From the NCBI GenBank assembly GCA_965243025.1, contig CBDETY010000003.1, positions 3,840,001 through 3,904,000 on the forward strand: a stretch of 64,000 bases of DNA, given 5' to 3'. Source of the DNA: Candidatus Latescibacterota bacterium. GTDB taxonomy: Bacteria; Latescibacterota; UBA2968; UBA8231. Below, piece after piece: positions 18,938-28,528 of this stretch. The translations under genes were made by a program, and so were the position numbers. The notes under the pieces were generated by a model. It saw nothing but the letters and a program-made list of their open reading frames with translations. It was not told the DNA's origin and did no database searches. The number at the start of each line of letters is the position of its first letter. The first letter of the stretch is position 1.

Positions 18938-19251
18938 ACAGCAAGCGCTGTCCTGGCCATTGGGTGGGATACATCCCTGGTCGGGCCAACCAAGGATAGT
19001 GTGGGGACCTCGGTCCCACCATCATTTCCCGCGCAGCCGGGAAACCGTCTGATCTGGAAGGCTGAACTCGAACCATGATCCCTATCTTCCTGTCCTCGGA
19101 AATTCGTCGAAATCGGATCCCACCTGCTGCGGGCGGAAAACCCCCATCGTGATTCTTTGATGATGACAATCGGCCACCTCGACAGTGTCGACGGCCCATT
19201 GCGACGTCCGGCTGCGCCAGTTTTGCCGATCGGTGCGCCAGGTTGCGGGCA

Positions 19252-20184
19252 ATGAAAGGGGACCTCCGCTACTCGCTGTACGTCCTCGCCTCGGCCGCGT
19301 CCGCGGCGGCAGGACTGCTGCTCACCGAGATCGCCCTGAACTTCTACCCGGCGACCACCCTGCAGATCGCCTTCCTGGCGAACATCGTCGGGGGGATCTT
19401 CCTGCTGCTCCCCTACCTCCGCGGCGGCTTTCCCTGGCGGGGCTGGCCCGCGTCTGACTGGCTGCGCTTCGCCGTCTCGGCGGCGGCGATCTATGCGGCC
19501 GGGTTCGTGGTGCTGTTCGCCGCCATCGCCCGCGTCGGCTCCAGCAAGGTGATCCTGCTCAGCCGCGTCGAGACGATCTTCGTCGTCGTCCTCGCCGTGA
19601 TCTTCCTCGGGGAACGCTGGTCGGGCCGCCACTGGTTCGCCTCCTTTCTGGCGCTCGGCGGGGCGACCTTGATCAGCTTCGATCCCGGGGTGCTGCAGCC
19701 AACGCTCTCCTGGGGGGACGGCCTGACCCTGCTCGCCGCCTTCCTGGTGGCCGCCGGCATCGTCATCCTCAAGCCGCTGCTGGTGCGGCGGGACCCCCGC
19801 TTCGTAACCGGGCTCGGGCTGCTCGCCGGCGCCTTATGCCTGGGGCCGTTCCTCTACGCCGACAGCAGCCTCCCGGCGGGGGCTTCCCTGGTAACCGCGC
19901 CGCTGTTTCTGCTGCTGATCGCGATCCGCGGGCTGATGCTGGGGATATCGTGGGCGACCTACAACGCGGCAATGAGGCAGATCGGCGCTTCCCGCTGCGC
20001 CGTGCTCTTCCTGTCGGTCTCGTTCCTGACCGTGGCCCTGCAGGTGTTCGTCGACGCCGCCGCCCCCGGCCTGGGGCTGCGGGTTCCCGACAGCCTGGCC
20101 ACCGCGGTTGCCGGCGGCATCGTCATCTCGGTTGCGGTGGCCCTGGTGCAGCGCGACCCGGACGGGAGCTCCGGCGAGGCCTGA
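19252..20184 (+). CDS. EamA/DMT family transporter
   Basis: About 10 hydrophobic segments, LAVIFLGER motif, two-repeat architecture. Confidence 0.85.
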   Translation: MKGDLRYSLYVLASAASAAAGLLLTEIALNFYPATTLQIAFLANIVGGIFLLLPYLRGGFPWRGWPASDWLRFAVSAAAIYAAGFVVLFAAIARVGSSKVILLSRVETIFVVVLAVIFLGERWSGRHWFASFLALGGATLISFDPGVLQPTLSWGDGLTLLAAFLVAAGIVILKPLLVRRDPRFVTGLGLLAGALCLGPFLYADSSLPAGASLVTAPLFLLLIAIRGLMLGISWATYNAAMRQIGASRCAVLFLSVSFLTVALQVFVDAAAPGLGLRVPDSLATAVAGGIVISVAVALVQRDPDGSSGEA

Positions 20185-20321
20185 AACCTCGGTGAGCCCT
20201 CCGGGGGGCCGGCCGGTCCCGCGGGACCTTTGGGATCACCATGGCCCTGATCGCCCGGGGCCATCACGGATCGAGGTGGCGAACACTTCGGATGTTCAGG
20301 GGAACTGGCGTGTCGTTGCCC

Positions 20322-20735
20322 TTACGATTCCCAGGGGTTCCCGTCGTCGAGGTGGCAGGTGACGACCGCGGCGACCAGCTCCTCCTCACCGACCGCCTCG
20401 ATGTCGTGCTCGACGCCGGGGGGCATGTAGGCGGAGCCGCCGGGGCCGACCGTCGCTTCCTCCTCCCCCACCCTGATCCTCGCCTGTCCCGAAAAGACGT
20501 AGTAGCACTGCTCCCAGGACTCGTGGCTGTGGCTGCCGTGCGCCTTGCCGGGGGGCCAGGTGTGGACGGAGAGCTGAATCCGCTGCGTCGGAAACTGGTT
20601 CAGCTCCCTGCCGGTCTTCTCCGGGCCATAGATCTCCGGGGGCCCGGCAATGATGGTGGAGAACCCCTCCGGCTCGGGGCGGTGCAGAAAACCGGCGAAC
20701 GGCGCGAGATCTTCGGGGGTGTGGATGTGGTTCAT
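20322..20735 (-). CDS. Cupin domain protein
   Basis: HSHESWEQCYYVFSG...GPGGSAYMPPGVEH. Confidence 0.9.
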   Translation of the reverse strand: MNHIHTPEDLAPFAGFLHRPEPEGFSTIIAGPPEIYGPEKTGRELNQFPTQRIQLSVHTWPPGKAHGSHSHESWEQCYYVFSGQARIRVGEEEATVGPGGSAYMPPGVEHDIEAVGEEELVAAVVTCHLDDGNPWES

Positions 20736-21113
20736 GGGTTTCCCTTTCGGTTGCCGGCCGATGTTGATCCGATCTAGCCGGAATGGTCCCGAATCAGGCG
20801 GTGCCGCGAGAAGCGAGCTTGAAGAGGTGGTTTTGCACCCCGATCATCAGGAGAAAGAGGAATACGGCGCTGAAAAGCTGCGGCCCTTCCAACCCGCCCC
20901 CGGTCCGAGAAGCGAGGGAGCCAGACAGGCAGGATGAAGCTGCTGCCGAACACCGGATCCCGGGCATGCAGGAACGTATATTCAGGCGGTCGCCGGAGTA
21001 ATCTTCCGGCTCTCCCGATCCGCCTGTCCACAACCCCGGCCGGCATGGCATAGGGCGTGTACCCCCGGCACCCGGCCAACGGGCAATCCCTTCATCGACC
21101 TTCGACCTTCGCA

Positions 21114-21500
21114 ATGACTCGGTACGGACTCCTTCTCGGGGCCGCCCTCCTCGCCTCGAGCTGCGGCAACGGGCCTCAGGATGCGGATGACGCCGCCCCC
21201 CCGGCGGAAAAGGTCCCGGCCATGACGGCCGCTGAAGAGACCGCGGCCAAGGCGAACTACGCCAACCTCTGCGCCCACTGCCACGGCGAGAACCTGGATG
21301 GGGGCCGCAGCAAGAGCCTCGTCGACGGGATCTGGATGTACGGAGAAGATGACGGGCGCATCCGCCAGAACATCGCCGCCGGCATCCCGAGGGCCGGCAT
21401 GCCAGGCTTCGGAACCCTCATCGACGGAGCCGAGCTCGACGGAATGGTGGCTCTGATCAGGAAGGCGGAGGCGGAAAGCCGGCAGGACCAGGGAAACTAA
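21114..21500 (+). CDS. Monoheme c-type cytochrome lipoprotein
   Basis: Lipobox-like LLASSC, CAHCH, GMPGF axial Met. Confidence 0.85.
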   Translation: MTRYGLLLGAALLASSCGNGPQDADDAAPPAEKVPAMTAAEETAAKANYANLCAHCHGENLDGGRSKSLVDGIWMYGEDDGRIRQNIAAGIPRAGMPGFGTLIDGAELDGMVALIRKAEAESRQDQGN

Positions 21501-21554
21501 GGGGGCGACGGGCATTCCCGGAGGTTGCCCGAGGAATGGAGCTGCACAGGATGT

Positions 21555-21666
21555 TGCTGGGCAATTAGAATTGCGCCGAGGTTCCGCCCGTTGTCAGGTT
21601 CGCTTGCCGGTGGGGGACCGCCCTCGTGACTTGGCCGCCGGGTTTCATCCCCCGGCGGTTTTTTTT
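21555..21666 (+). repeat. ~110-bp direct repeat copy 1 ending in intrinsic-terminator-like hairpin
   Basis: tagaattgcgc...cgcccgttgtcagg..cgcttgccggtgggggaccgcc...ggccgccgggtttcatcccccggcggtttttttt. Confidence 0.85.
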
Positions 21667-21773
21667 GCCTTGACGCTATCCATTGATCGTCCTGCGCCGT
21701 CTTGCATTGGAGGGGTCGCGATGGTGCCCCATGCAACTTTCCCCGGTCATGCCAAGAGCCGAAGGAATACCAG

Positions 21774-22655
21774 ATGGCGAGCTTCGATACCATCTCCAAG
21801 TACCTGGTCCAAACCTATCCCGGCGATTTCGCCCGCCTCATCCTGGGAAAGGAGGAGGTCGAAGTCCTCGAGCTTCTCGACAACGAGCAGCCCACCCCGC
21901 AAACCTTTCGCACCGACAGCCTGATCCGCGTACGCCTGGGCGGCGAAGAGGTGTTGATCCATACCGAATTCCAGACCACCGACAGCACCCGGGTGCCCAT
22001 GCCGCGACGCATAGCCGGCTACATTGGTCGCCTCCTTGAACGCCATGACCTGCCGGTCTGTTCCAGCGTCCTCTACCTGCGGCCGGAGGCAGGGAGGCGC
22101 GATCCGGGGTACTTTCTGCAGGAACGACGGGGCCATCGCATTCTGGTCGAGTACCGGGTGATCCGGCTGATCGAGCAGGAAGGCCAGGGGATTCTCGAGG
22201 CGGGGACTCCGGGGCTGCTTCCGTTCGCGCCGCTGATGAAGCCGCCGCCCAGGCTGCCGCCCGAAGCGTGGCTGCGCCAGTGCATGCAGGCCGCCCGCGA
22301 ACTGCCGGTGGACCGGTCGGCCCGGGCAGACCTGCTCTCCGGCCTGTCGATTCTCAGCGGTCTGGTTTACGAGGCCGATACCGTTTCTGACATTATCTCC
22401 AAGGAGGGCATCATGGACAACATCATGCGGGAATCATCCTTTGCTCAACTCCTCACCCGGCAGGCCAGGGAGGAAGGCCTCCGGGAAAGCATCCGCGACG
22501 TGCTGGAGATTCGCTTTGCCGTAGATGCCGCCCACCCCTTGGCCTCCCGCCTGGAGGCCATCGATGACTTGCACCGCCTCAAGCATTTGCACCGGACGGC
22601 GATCCAAGTGGCCAGCCTGGAGGAATTCCGGCGCTTGGTAGAAACCGGGGAATAG
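21774..22655 (+). CDS. Rpn/YhgA-like PD-(D/E)XK nuclease family protein
   Basis: FDTISKYL..YP.DF, RTDSL, HTEFQT, MPRR, VLYL, YRVIRL, LLPFAPL, MRESS, L..RF tail. Confidence 0.85.
   Translation: MASFDTISKYLVQTYPGDFARLILGKEEVEVLELLDNEQPTPQTFRTDSLIRVRLGGEEVLIHTEFQTTDSTRVPMPRRIAGYIGRLLERHDLPVCSSVLYLRPEAGRRDPGYFLQERRGHRILVEYRVIRLIEQEGQGILEAGTPGLLPFAPLMKPPPRLPPEAWLRQCMQAARELPVDRSARADLLSGLSILSGLVYEADTVSDIISKEGIMDNIMRESSFAQLLTRQAREEGLRESIRDVLEIRFAVDAAHPLASRLEAIDDLHRLKHLHRTAIQVASLEEFRRLVETGE
22413..22655 (+). CDS. Putative internally initiated small Rpn protein (80 aa, RpnS-like antitoxin)
   Basis: In-frame ATG preceded by AAGGAGG at 22401-22407. Confidence 0.55.
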   Translation: MDNIMRESSFAQLLTRQAREEGLRESIRDVLEIRFAVDAAHPLASRLEAIDDLHRLKHLHRTAIQVASLEEFRRLVETGE

Positions 22656-22701
22656 GATCCTCCTTTTCGGGCCTGCCAGTTCGCCAAGGGCCGGAAGGGG
22701 C

Positions 22702-22809
22702 TGCTGAAATAGAAGTGCGCGGGCGGAACGCCCGCTGTCAGGCGCTTGCCGGCGGGGAACCGCCGTTGTGAACAAGGCCGCCGGGGTTCATCCCCCGGCG
22801 GTTTTTTTT
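22702..22809 (+). repeat. ~110-bp direct repeat copy 2 ending in intrinsic-terminator-like hairpin
   Basis: tagaagtgcgc...cgcccgctgtcaggcgcttgccggcggggaaccgcc...ggccgccggggttcatcccccggcggtttttttt. Confidence 0.85.
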
Positions 22810-22892
22810 ATTCTGCAGCAACCGGGCAAGGCAATACCGGCAGCTCATCAACCCTACCTTTTCGGCAGGCCCCCCCCTCCAGCCGGCTCCCC

Positions 22893-24053
22893 TCACACGG
22901 CGTCCTGCCTGAGCCAGAAGAGCGGCAGCGGGCACCAGGACTCCAGCACCGCCGCCTCCTTCGGCAACCGAAGCGAGTGCGAGGGCGCCAGCGGCCCGAA
23001 CAGCAGCCGGTGGGCGAGATGGTGTCGGCAGGAGACGGCCGGCTTCTCCTCCACCTGTTCGCACGAGACCTCCCCGCCGTCCACCGAGACTGCCACCGTC
23101 CCGCAGCCCTCTATGCCGAGGGTCACCCGCCCGTCCGCCAGCGGGGCGCCGCAAGGGTCTGCCGCCCTGGCCGCCAGCAGCGCGGAGATCACCCGGGGCC
23201 AGTCGAACACCTGCCAGTTCCCCGAGCTGCGCACCGCCGCCGCTTCGCAGACCTCCCCGAGCCGGTGGAGGAAGCGGTCCGCCAACGGCCCCGCGGTAAG
23301 GGTGACGCTCTCCTGATCCCCCTGCTCGACCCGGGCGCGGGCGATCTCGAACGCCGTGTCCCCGTCCCGGCCCACCACCTCGGGCAGCTCTTTCCCGTCG
23401 AGGCTGACAACGACGTAGCCGATCAGCTCGCCCTCCTCGAGGGCGGCGTACGGGACGGCGCGCCAGCTGCGCAGCACTCTGTGGAAATCCCCGGCTGAGC
23501 GCTCCGCCCGCACCGGCTGCGCGTCGTGAAGCGCCCGGGCCTCCTCCAGGCGTCCGGCATGTCCGTCATCCAGCGGCTCGAACCGGATGTTCGAGGGCGC
23601 GCTGAAACTGTGCCGGAGGTTGCGCTTGCCCAGCTGCACCTCGACCTCGACGCCGCACACTTCGTAGCCGAAGTACCCGTAGCGCTGGCGCTGGCCGCCG
23701 AGAACGGAGAGCGGGTACCCCTGCTCCTTCATGAGGCCGACGCAGTGGGTCATCAGGCGCTGCATCATCCCCTGGCCGCGGCAGTCGGGATGGGTCGAGA
23801 CCCCGCCGATTCCGGCGACTGGCAGGGTCGCGGCCCCCACTTTCCAGGCGAGTGGATGAACGCCGACGACGGCCTTGATGCGGCCGCCGCGGCGAAGCGC
23901 CCACAAACAGGACATCAGGCCGTCGTCGGGGCCGTAGAGCTTGGGGAGGATACTGGCGAAATCGGCCGGGTGCGACTTTTCGAAAGCGAGGTTCATCACC
24001 GCCATGGCCTCGTCGAAGTCGGCGGCCGCAAGCGGTGCGATGCTGTCGCTCAT
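22893..24053 (-). CDS. GNAT acetyltransferase, Eis-like
   Basis: GIGGVSTHPDCRGQGMMQRLM, LSVL, RYGYFGYE; ~386 aa multi-domain. Confidence 0.85.
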   Translation of the reverse strand: MSDSIAPLAAADFDEAMAVMNLAFEKSHPADFASILPKLYGPDDGLMSCLWALRRGGRIKAVVGVHPLAWKVGAATLPVAGIGGVSTHPDCRGQGMMQRLMTHCVGLMKEQGYPLSVLGGQRQRYGYFGYEVCGVEVEVQLGKRNLRHSFSAPSNIRFEPLDDGHAGRLEEARALHDAQPVRAERSAGDFHRVLRSWRAVPYAALEEGELIGYVVVSLDGKELPEVVGRDGDTAFEIARARVEQGDQESVTLTAGPLADRFLHRLGEVCEAAAVRSSGNWQVFDWPRVISALLAARAADPCGAPLADGRVTLGIEGCGTVAVSVDGGEVSCEQVEEKPAVSCRHHLAHRLLFGPLAPSHSLRLPKEAAVLESWCPLPLFWLRQDAV

Positions 24054-24245
24054 GGTCCGGCCTTTGCAGCGCGGCGCTGCCAGCGCCTGGTTACAGTTGC
24101 TTACTGGTGAGGGGAAGCCAGCGCCGGAAACCCGCCAAAACTGCCACGGAAACGGCTCTTCCTTGCGCTGCAAGTTTCCGTCGGAAAGGACGGTCCCGAA
24201 CCGGGCCGCAGAAGCTCCCGGATTCTCGGACGAACCGCGGGAGGC

Positions 24246-24893
24246 TCAGAGGCCGGCGACCTTCACCCCGGTGCCGGCGAGCTGCTCCTCGACGTGGGCG
24301 ACGCAGTCCGCGACCGATTTGAAGGGATGCCCCGGATACGCCTCGAGGCTGAACTCGAGATCGTTGGGCCCGAAGGCGACCATGTCGATGCCGGGCTTGG
24401 CGAGGTGCCTGGCGTTGGTCACGGCGTTCACCGACTCGAGCTGGACTATGAGTATGCCGGTTTCGTTCCACCACCTCGCGTACTCCAGGCGCTCGCGGCC
24501 GTCGAACTTGTAGCCGTGGGCCGGACCCCAGCTGCGTTTGCCGAGCGGCGGGTAGTAGAAGGCGTCTATCGCCTCGTCGATGGTCTCCTCGGTCTCGACC
24601 TGGGGCACCATGATGGCCATCGGTCCGAGGTCGAGGTAGTTGCCGATGAGGAAGGCGTGGCGGGTGTGTTTGATGCGCAGCTGCACCGGGATGTCGAGCT
24701 CCCGGGCGGCGGCGCAGAAGGAGACCAGGCTCTCTTCGTCGTACGGGGCGTGCTGCGCGTCGGTCGAGAACAGCTCGACTTCTCCCCCGGCGGCGAGCTC
24801 CTCGAGCTGTTGCCGGGTGGAGGTGAGCGGAGCCCGGGCCGTGGCGATGTCGCCGCCCCGGTGAAGTCGCTGTTTCAGGGTATCTTCCGGCAT
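24246..24893 (-). CDS. HpcH/HpaI aldolase family
   Basis: DAQH, LDLG..IMVPQVET, YPPLGKRSWG, QLES, FGPNDL. Confidence 0.9.
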   Translation of the reverse strand: MPEDTLKQRLHRGGDIATARAPLTSTRQQLEELAAGGEVELFSTDAQHAPYDEESLVSFCAAARELDIPVQLRIKHTRHAFLIGNYLDLGPMAIMVPQVETEETIDEAIDAFYYPPLGKRSWGPAHGYKFDGRERLEYARWWNETGILIVQLESVNAVTNARHLAKPGIDMVAFGPNDLEFSLEAYPGHPFKSVADCVAHVEEQLAGTGVKVAGL

Positions 24894-25022
24894 GGCCTTC
24901 TCCTTCTCAGTGAGAGGAAACGGGCAGGGGCTGCGAACCTCGTGCCCTGTCCCATCGATATCCTGCCGTTCGCCGCCGATTCACTCCGGCTCGCGGCGTT
25001 GTTTTCGCTCCCCCTGCACCCC

Positions 25023-25934
25023 TCAGCGGGCGACGCCGAAATCCGCTTCGAACTCCTCCCAGATCGCCTCGGGAAGTTCGGCGGTCGCGGACTCCACGGC
25101 GCTTTCGACCTCTTCCAGGCTGCCCGGCCCCGGCAGGACGATGCTGTCGACCGGCGCGGCGAGGCAGAACTGGATCGCCAGGTGGCGGATGTCGACGTCT
25201 CTCTCGTCGCACCACTCGAGCATGCGGGCGACCCGCGGTTTCATGCCCGGCAACTTGCGCTCCTCCTCCGAGACGGGCGGCACCTCGCCGGTGAGCAGGC
25301 CCATCCCCAGCGGGCTGGCGAGCTGTACGCCGACGTCGTGGTCGCGGCAGACCGGAAACATCCTGTCGAGTGCCGCCTGGGTCAGCAGGTTGTACTCGAG
25401 ATAGGTGAGCACGACTTCTATATGGCCGGTGGAGATGGCGCGCTCCATGACCGCGTCGGAGCGGGCGCCGATGCCGATGTGCTTCAGCTTGCCCTCCTCC
25501 TTCATCTTCACCAGCTCGTCGAGGGCGTTTCCGGGGGCCAGCGGGTCGAGCATCTCGTGCGACGGGAGATCGTCCGGCTGGTCGTACCCGTGAATCAGCA
25601 CGGCGTCGAGGTAGTCGGTCCGCAGCTGCCGCAGGCTGTCCTCGAGACTGGCGCGGGTGGCCGACGCCGAGTGATCGGATTTCCGCTGCGTCATGCGGCT
25701 GACCTTCGCCTGCAGGTAGACCTTTTCCCGCCTTCCTCCGGACAGCGCCTTGCCCCAGCGCTCCTCGTCCTGGCCGGGATAGGTGTCGAAGAAGTTGATC
25801 CCCAGCTCCAGGGCCCGGTGGATCGCCGTGATGGTTTCCCGGTCCGTGCTCCGGCCCCACCAGGCCGCACCCAGCCCTATCGAGTTCGGGCGCATTTCCG
25901 TGCTGCCCAGACGGCGCTCTTCGAGTGCAGGCAT
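25023..25934 (-). CDS. Aldo/keto reductase
   Basis: ALELGINFFDT, SLRQLRTDYLD...H, EEGKLKHIG, SPLGMGLLTG. Confidence 0.92.
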   Translation of the reverse strand: MPALEERRLGSTEMRPNSIGLGAAWWGRSTDRETITAIHRALELGINFFDTYPGQDEERWGKALSGGRREKVYLQAKVSRMTQRKSDHSASATRASLEDSLRQLRTDYLDAVLIHGYDQPDDLPSHEMLDPLAPGNALDELVKMKEEGKLKHIGIGARSDAVMERAISTGHIEVVLTYLEYNLLTQAALDRMFPVCRDHDVGVQLASPLGMGLLTGEVPPVSEEERKLPGMKPRVARMLEWCDERDVDIRHLAIQFCLAAPVDSIVLPGPGSLEEVESAVESATAELPEAIWEEFEADFGVAR

Positions 25935-26095
25935 GGGATCGTTGGGGATTTATGTGATGGGGATTTTGCGAAAATCGCGAAATGCGAAGACGTAAAGTAA
26001 AGGGCCTGAAGGCGCTTCCGTCAAACCCGGGAATTGGTTCCCGTTCACCCTCAGGTTTAGCTTAAACAGCCCCTTGGAACGGTTTCTGCCGCTTC

Positions 26096-26566
26096 GTGAC
26101 AACGAACCGCAACAGCCCGCGCCTGTGGATCATCCCCCTGATTCTGGCCGCCTGCCAGCAGGAGGAGCGGCCGCCGCTGGTGATCGAGGTGACCGGCGAC
26201 GACTACTACTGGCACCTGCGTTACCCCGGGCCCGACCGGGTGCTGCACACCGCGGACGACGTCGCCGCGGTGAGCGACCTGCACGTGCCTGCCGGCGAAG
26301 CCGTGGAGGTCAGGTTGACCAGCGCCGATTTCCTCTACTTGTTCGCCCTCCCCGAGCTCGGGCTGTCGCAGGTTGCGGTTCCCGATCTCTGGTTTTCGCT
26401 CTCGCTGCAACCGGATACGGAAAGGACCTACCGGCTCGAAGGGGACCAGATGTGCGGCTTCAGCCACGACTCACTCATGGGAACCGTGTACGTGCATTCG
26501 CCGAACGACTTCGACGACTGGATGCGGCGCACCGACGGGGAGGAGGAGGTGGGGGAACTGCAATGA
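26096..26566 (+). CDS. Cytochrome c oxidase subunit II-like cupredoxin lipoprotein with degenerate CuA site
   Basis: LAAC lipobox; IEVTG..YYW..RYPG.D; LHVP.G..V...LTSAD; QMCGFSH..LM; FDDW. Confidence 0.75.
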   Translation: MTTNRNSPRLWIIPLILAACQQEERPPLVIEVTGDDYYWHLRYPGPDRVLHTADDVAAVSDLHVPAGEAVEVRLTSADFLYLFALPELGLSQVAVPDLWFSLSLQPDTERTYRLEGDQMCGFSHDSLMGTVYVHSPNDFDDWMRRTDGEEEVGELQ

Positions 26567-28494
26567 GTCGGTCCATTCTGTCGAGGACGGTCCTGTCCAT
26601 TCTGCCGGCGCCCCTTCTCGCCGCGCCCGCTCCGGCCGCCGAGCGCGCCGTGGTTCCGTATCCGGCGGAGGTCGCCGCTCCCGAATGGGTCGAGACCCGC
26701 AGGGCGCGCCAGCTGGAGAGCCTGGACCTGTTCGAAACCTTCATCGATTTCAGCTTCGCCGACCGCCGGGAGGAGACCGGGATCACCTTTGCCAACGTCT
26801 CCACCAGCGACACCGGCAAGCGCTACAAGGCCTCCCACTACGACCACGGCAACGGCATCGCTGTCGCCGACGCCGACGGCGACGGCCTCCTCGACATCTA
26901 CTTCTCGAACATGGCCGCGGCCAACGAGCTGTGGCGCAACGCCGGCTCCGGGGGCTTCGAGGCGGCCCCTTCGGAAGTTCTGGCCCTGTCCCGGGCGATC
27001 GGGGTGGCCGCTTCCTTCGCCGACATCGACAACGACGGCGACCCCGACCTGTTCGCGACCACGATCCGCGGCGGCAACCACCTGTTCGAGAACCGCGGAC
27101 AGGCGGAGTTCGCCGACGTCACCCGGCGGGCCGGCCTCCAGTACGAAGGCCACTCATCGGCCGCGGTGTTCTTCGACTACGACCTCGACGGCCTGCTCGA
27201 TCTGTTCGTCGCCAACGTCGGCGTCTTCACCACCGAAACCGTCGTCACCGCCCCCCTCGATGCCCTCAACCCGGAAACCCCGGGGGAATACAGCTACTTC
27301 GAAGCCCACCCCGACGCCTTTGCCGGGCACCTGAAGCCGGAGCGCAACGAGCCCTCGATCCTATACAGGAACAGGGACGGCTCCGCCTTCGAGGACGTCA
27401 CCTCGGCAACGGGGCTGGTCGATTCGAGCTGGGCCGGGGCGGCGACGCCGATCGACGCCGACGAGGACGGCTGGACCGACCTCTACGTGCTCGACATGCA
27501 GGGGCACGACGAGTACTTCGAGAACCGCGGGGGCAAGCGGTTCGTCCGGAAGAGCCGCGAGGTCTTCCCGCGCACGCCGTGGGGCTCGATGGGGGTCAAG
27601 GTCTTCGACTGGGACAACGACGGCATGCTCGATCTCTACATCAGCGACATGCACTCGGACATGAGCGCCGAGGTCGGGCCCTGGGACGAGAAGTGGAAGG
27701 CGAGCATGCAGTTCCCCGAATCCTTCCTCCTCAGCGGCGGCATGAGCCTTTACGGCAACGCCTTCTACCGGAAGACCGGCCCGGGCAGGTACGAGGAGAT
27801 CTCCGACGCGGTCGGCGCCGAGAACTACTGGCCCTGGGGCCTGAGCACCGGCGACCTCAACGCCGACGGCTTCGAGGACGTGTTCCTCGCCTCGAGCATG
27901 AACTACCCGTTCCGCTACGGGGTAAACACCGTGTTGATCAACAACCGGGGCGCCGGGTTCCTCGACAGCGAGTACCTGCTCGGGGTGGAGCCCCGCAAGG
28001 AAGGCGTCACCTCCAGGCCCTGGTTCCACCTCGACTGCGGCGGGGCCGACGCCGGCCACAAGCACTGCGAGGGGCAGGAGGGCGAGGTCGAGGTCTGGGC
28101 TTCTGTCGGCACGCGCTCGTCGGCGGTCTTCGACATCGACGGGGACGGCGATCTCGACATCGTCACCAACGAGTTCAACGACCTGCCGATGGTGCTGGTC
28201 AGCGACCTGTCCGAGCGCCGGGAGATCGGCTACCTCCAGGTGAGCCTCCGGGGCAACAGCTCCAACCGGGACGGTCTCGGCGCCAGGGTCGATGTCACCG
28301 CCGGGGGAAGGCGCTTCACCAAGGTCAACGACGGGCAGTCCGGGTACCTGTCACAGAGCAGCCTGCCGCTCTATTTTGGCCTCGGCGGCGCCGACAGGGT
28401 CGACCTCGTCGAAGTGACCTGGCCCGGCGGAGGGAAGCAGTCGCTGGCCGGGGTCGACGGCAACCGGACGATCGTCATCGAAGAGAACCAGTAA
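26563..28494 (+). CDS. CRTAC1 family FG-GAP/ASPIC-UnbV protein, secreted
   Basis: Multiple D.D.DG..D repeats; C-terminal NRDGLGARV...SGYLSQS...LYFGLG...VEVTWP.G. Confidence 0.92.
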   Translation: MSRSILSRTVLSILPAPLLAAPAPAAERAVVPYPAEVAAPEWVETRRARQLESLDLFETFIDFSFADRREETGITFANVSTSDTGKRYKASHYDHGNGIAVADADGDGLLDIYFSNMAAANELWRNAGSGGFEAAPSEVLALSRAIGVAASFADIDNDGDPDLFATTIRGGNHLFENRGQAEFADVTRRAGLQYEGHSSAAVFFDYDLDGLLDLFVANVGVFTTETVVTAPLDALNPETPGEYSYFEAHPDAFAGHLKPERNEPSILYRNRDGSAFEDVTSATGLVDSSWAGAATPIDADEDGWTDLYVLDMQGHDEYFENRGGKRFVRKSREVFPRTPWGSMGVKVFDWDNDGMLDLYISDMHSDMSAEVGPWDEKWKASMQFPESFLLSGGMSLYGNAFYRKTGPGRYEEISDAVGAENYWPWGLSTGDLNADGFEDVFLASSMNYPFRYGVNTVLINNRGAGFLDSEYLLGVEPRKEGVTSRPWFHLDCGGADAGHKHCEGQEGEVEVWASVGTRSSAVFDIDGDGDLDIVTNEFNDLPMVLVSDLSERREIGYLQVSLRGNSSNRDGLGARVDVTAGGRRFTKVNDGQSGYLSQSSLPLYFGLGGADRVDLVEVTWPGGGKQSLAGVDGNRTIVIEENQ

Positions 28495-28528
28495 CACCAC
28501 ACCCACTCATTTCATTCGGGAGAATGCA

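Noticed and set aside
19064-19074. GGTTCGAGTTC (minus strand), T-loop-like, at the edge of the HNH islet
   Set aside because: No acceptor, D or anticodon stems could be built; not called tRNA or att site
20794-21114. 106-aa minus-strand ORF with a hydrophobic C-terminus
   Set aside because: No recognisable family, weak start and atypical composition; at best a gene fragment
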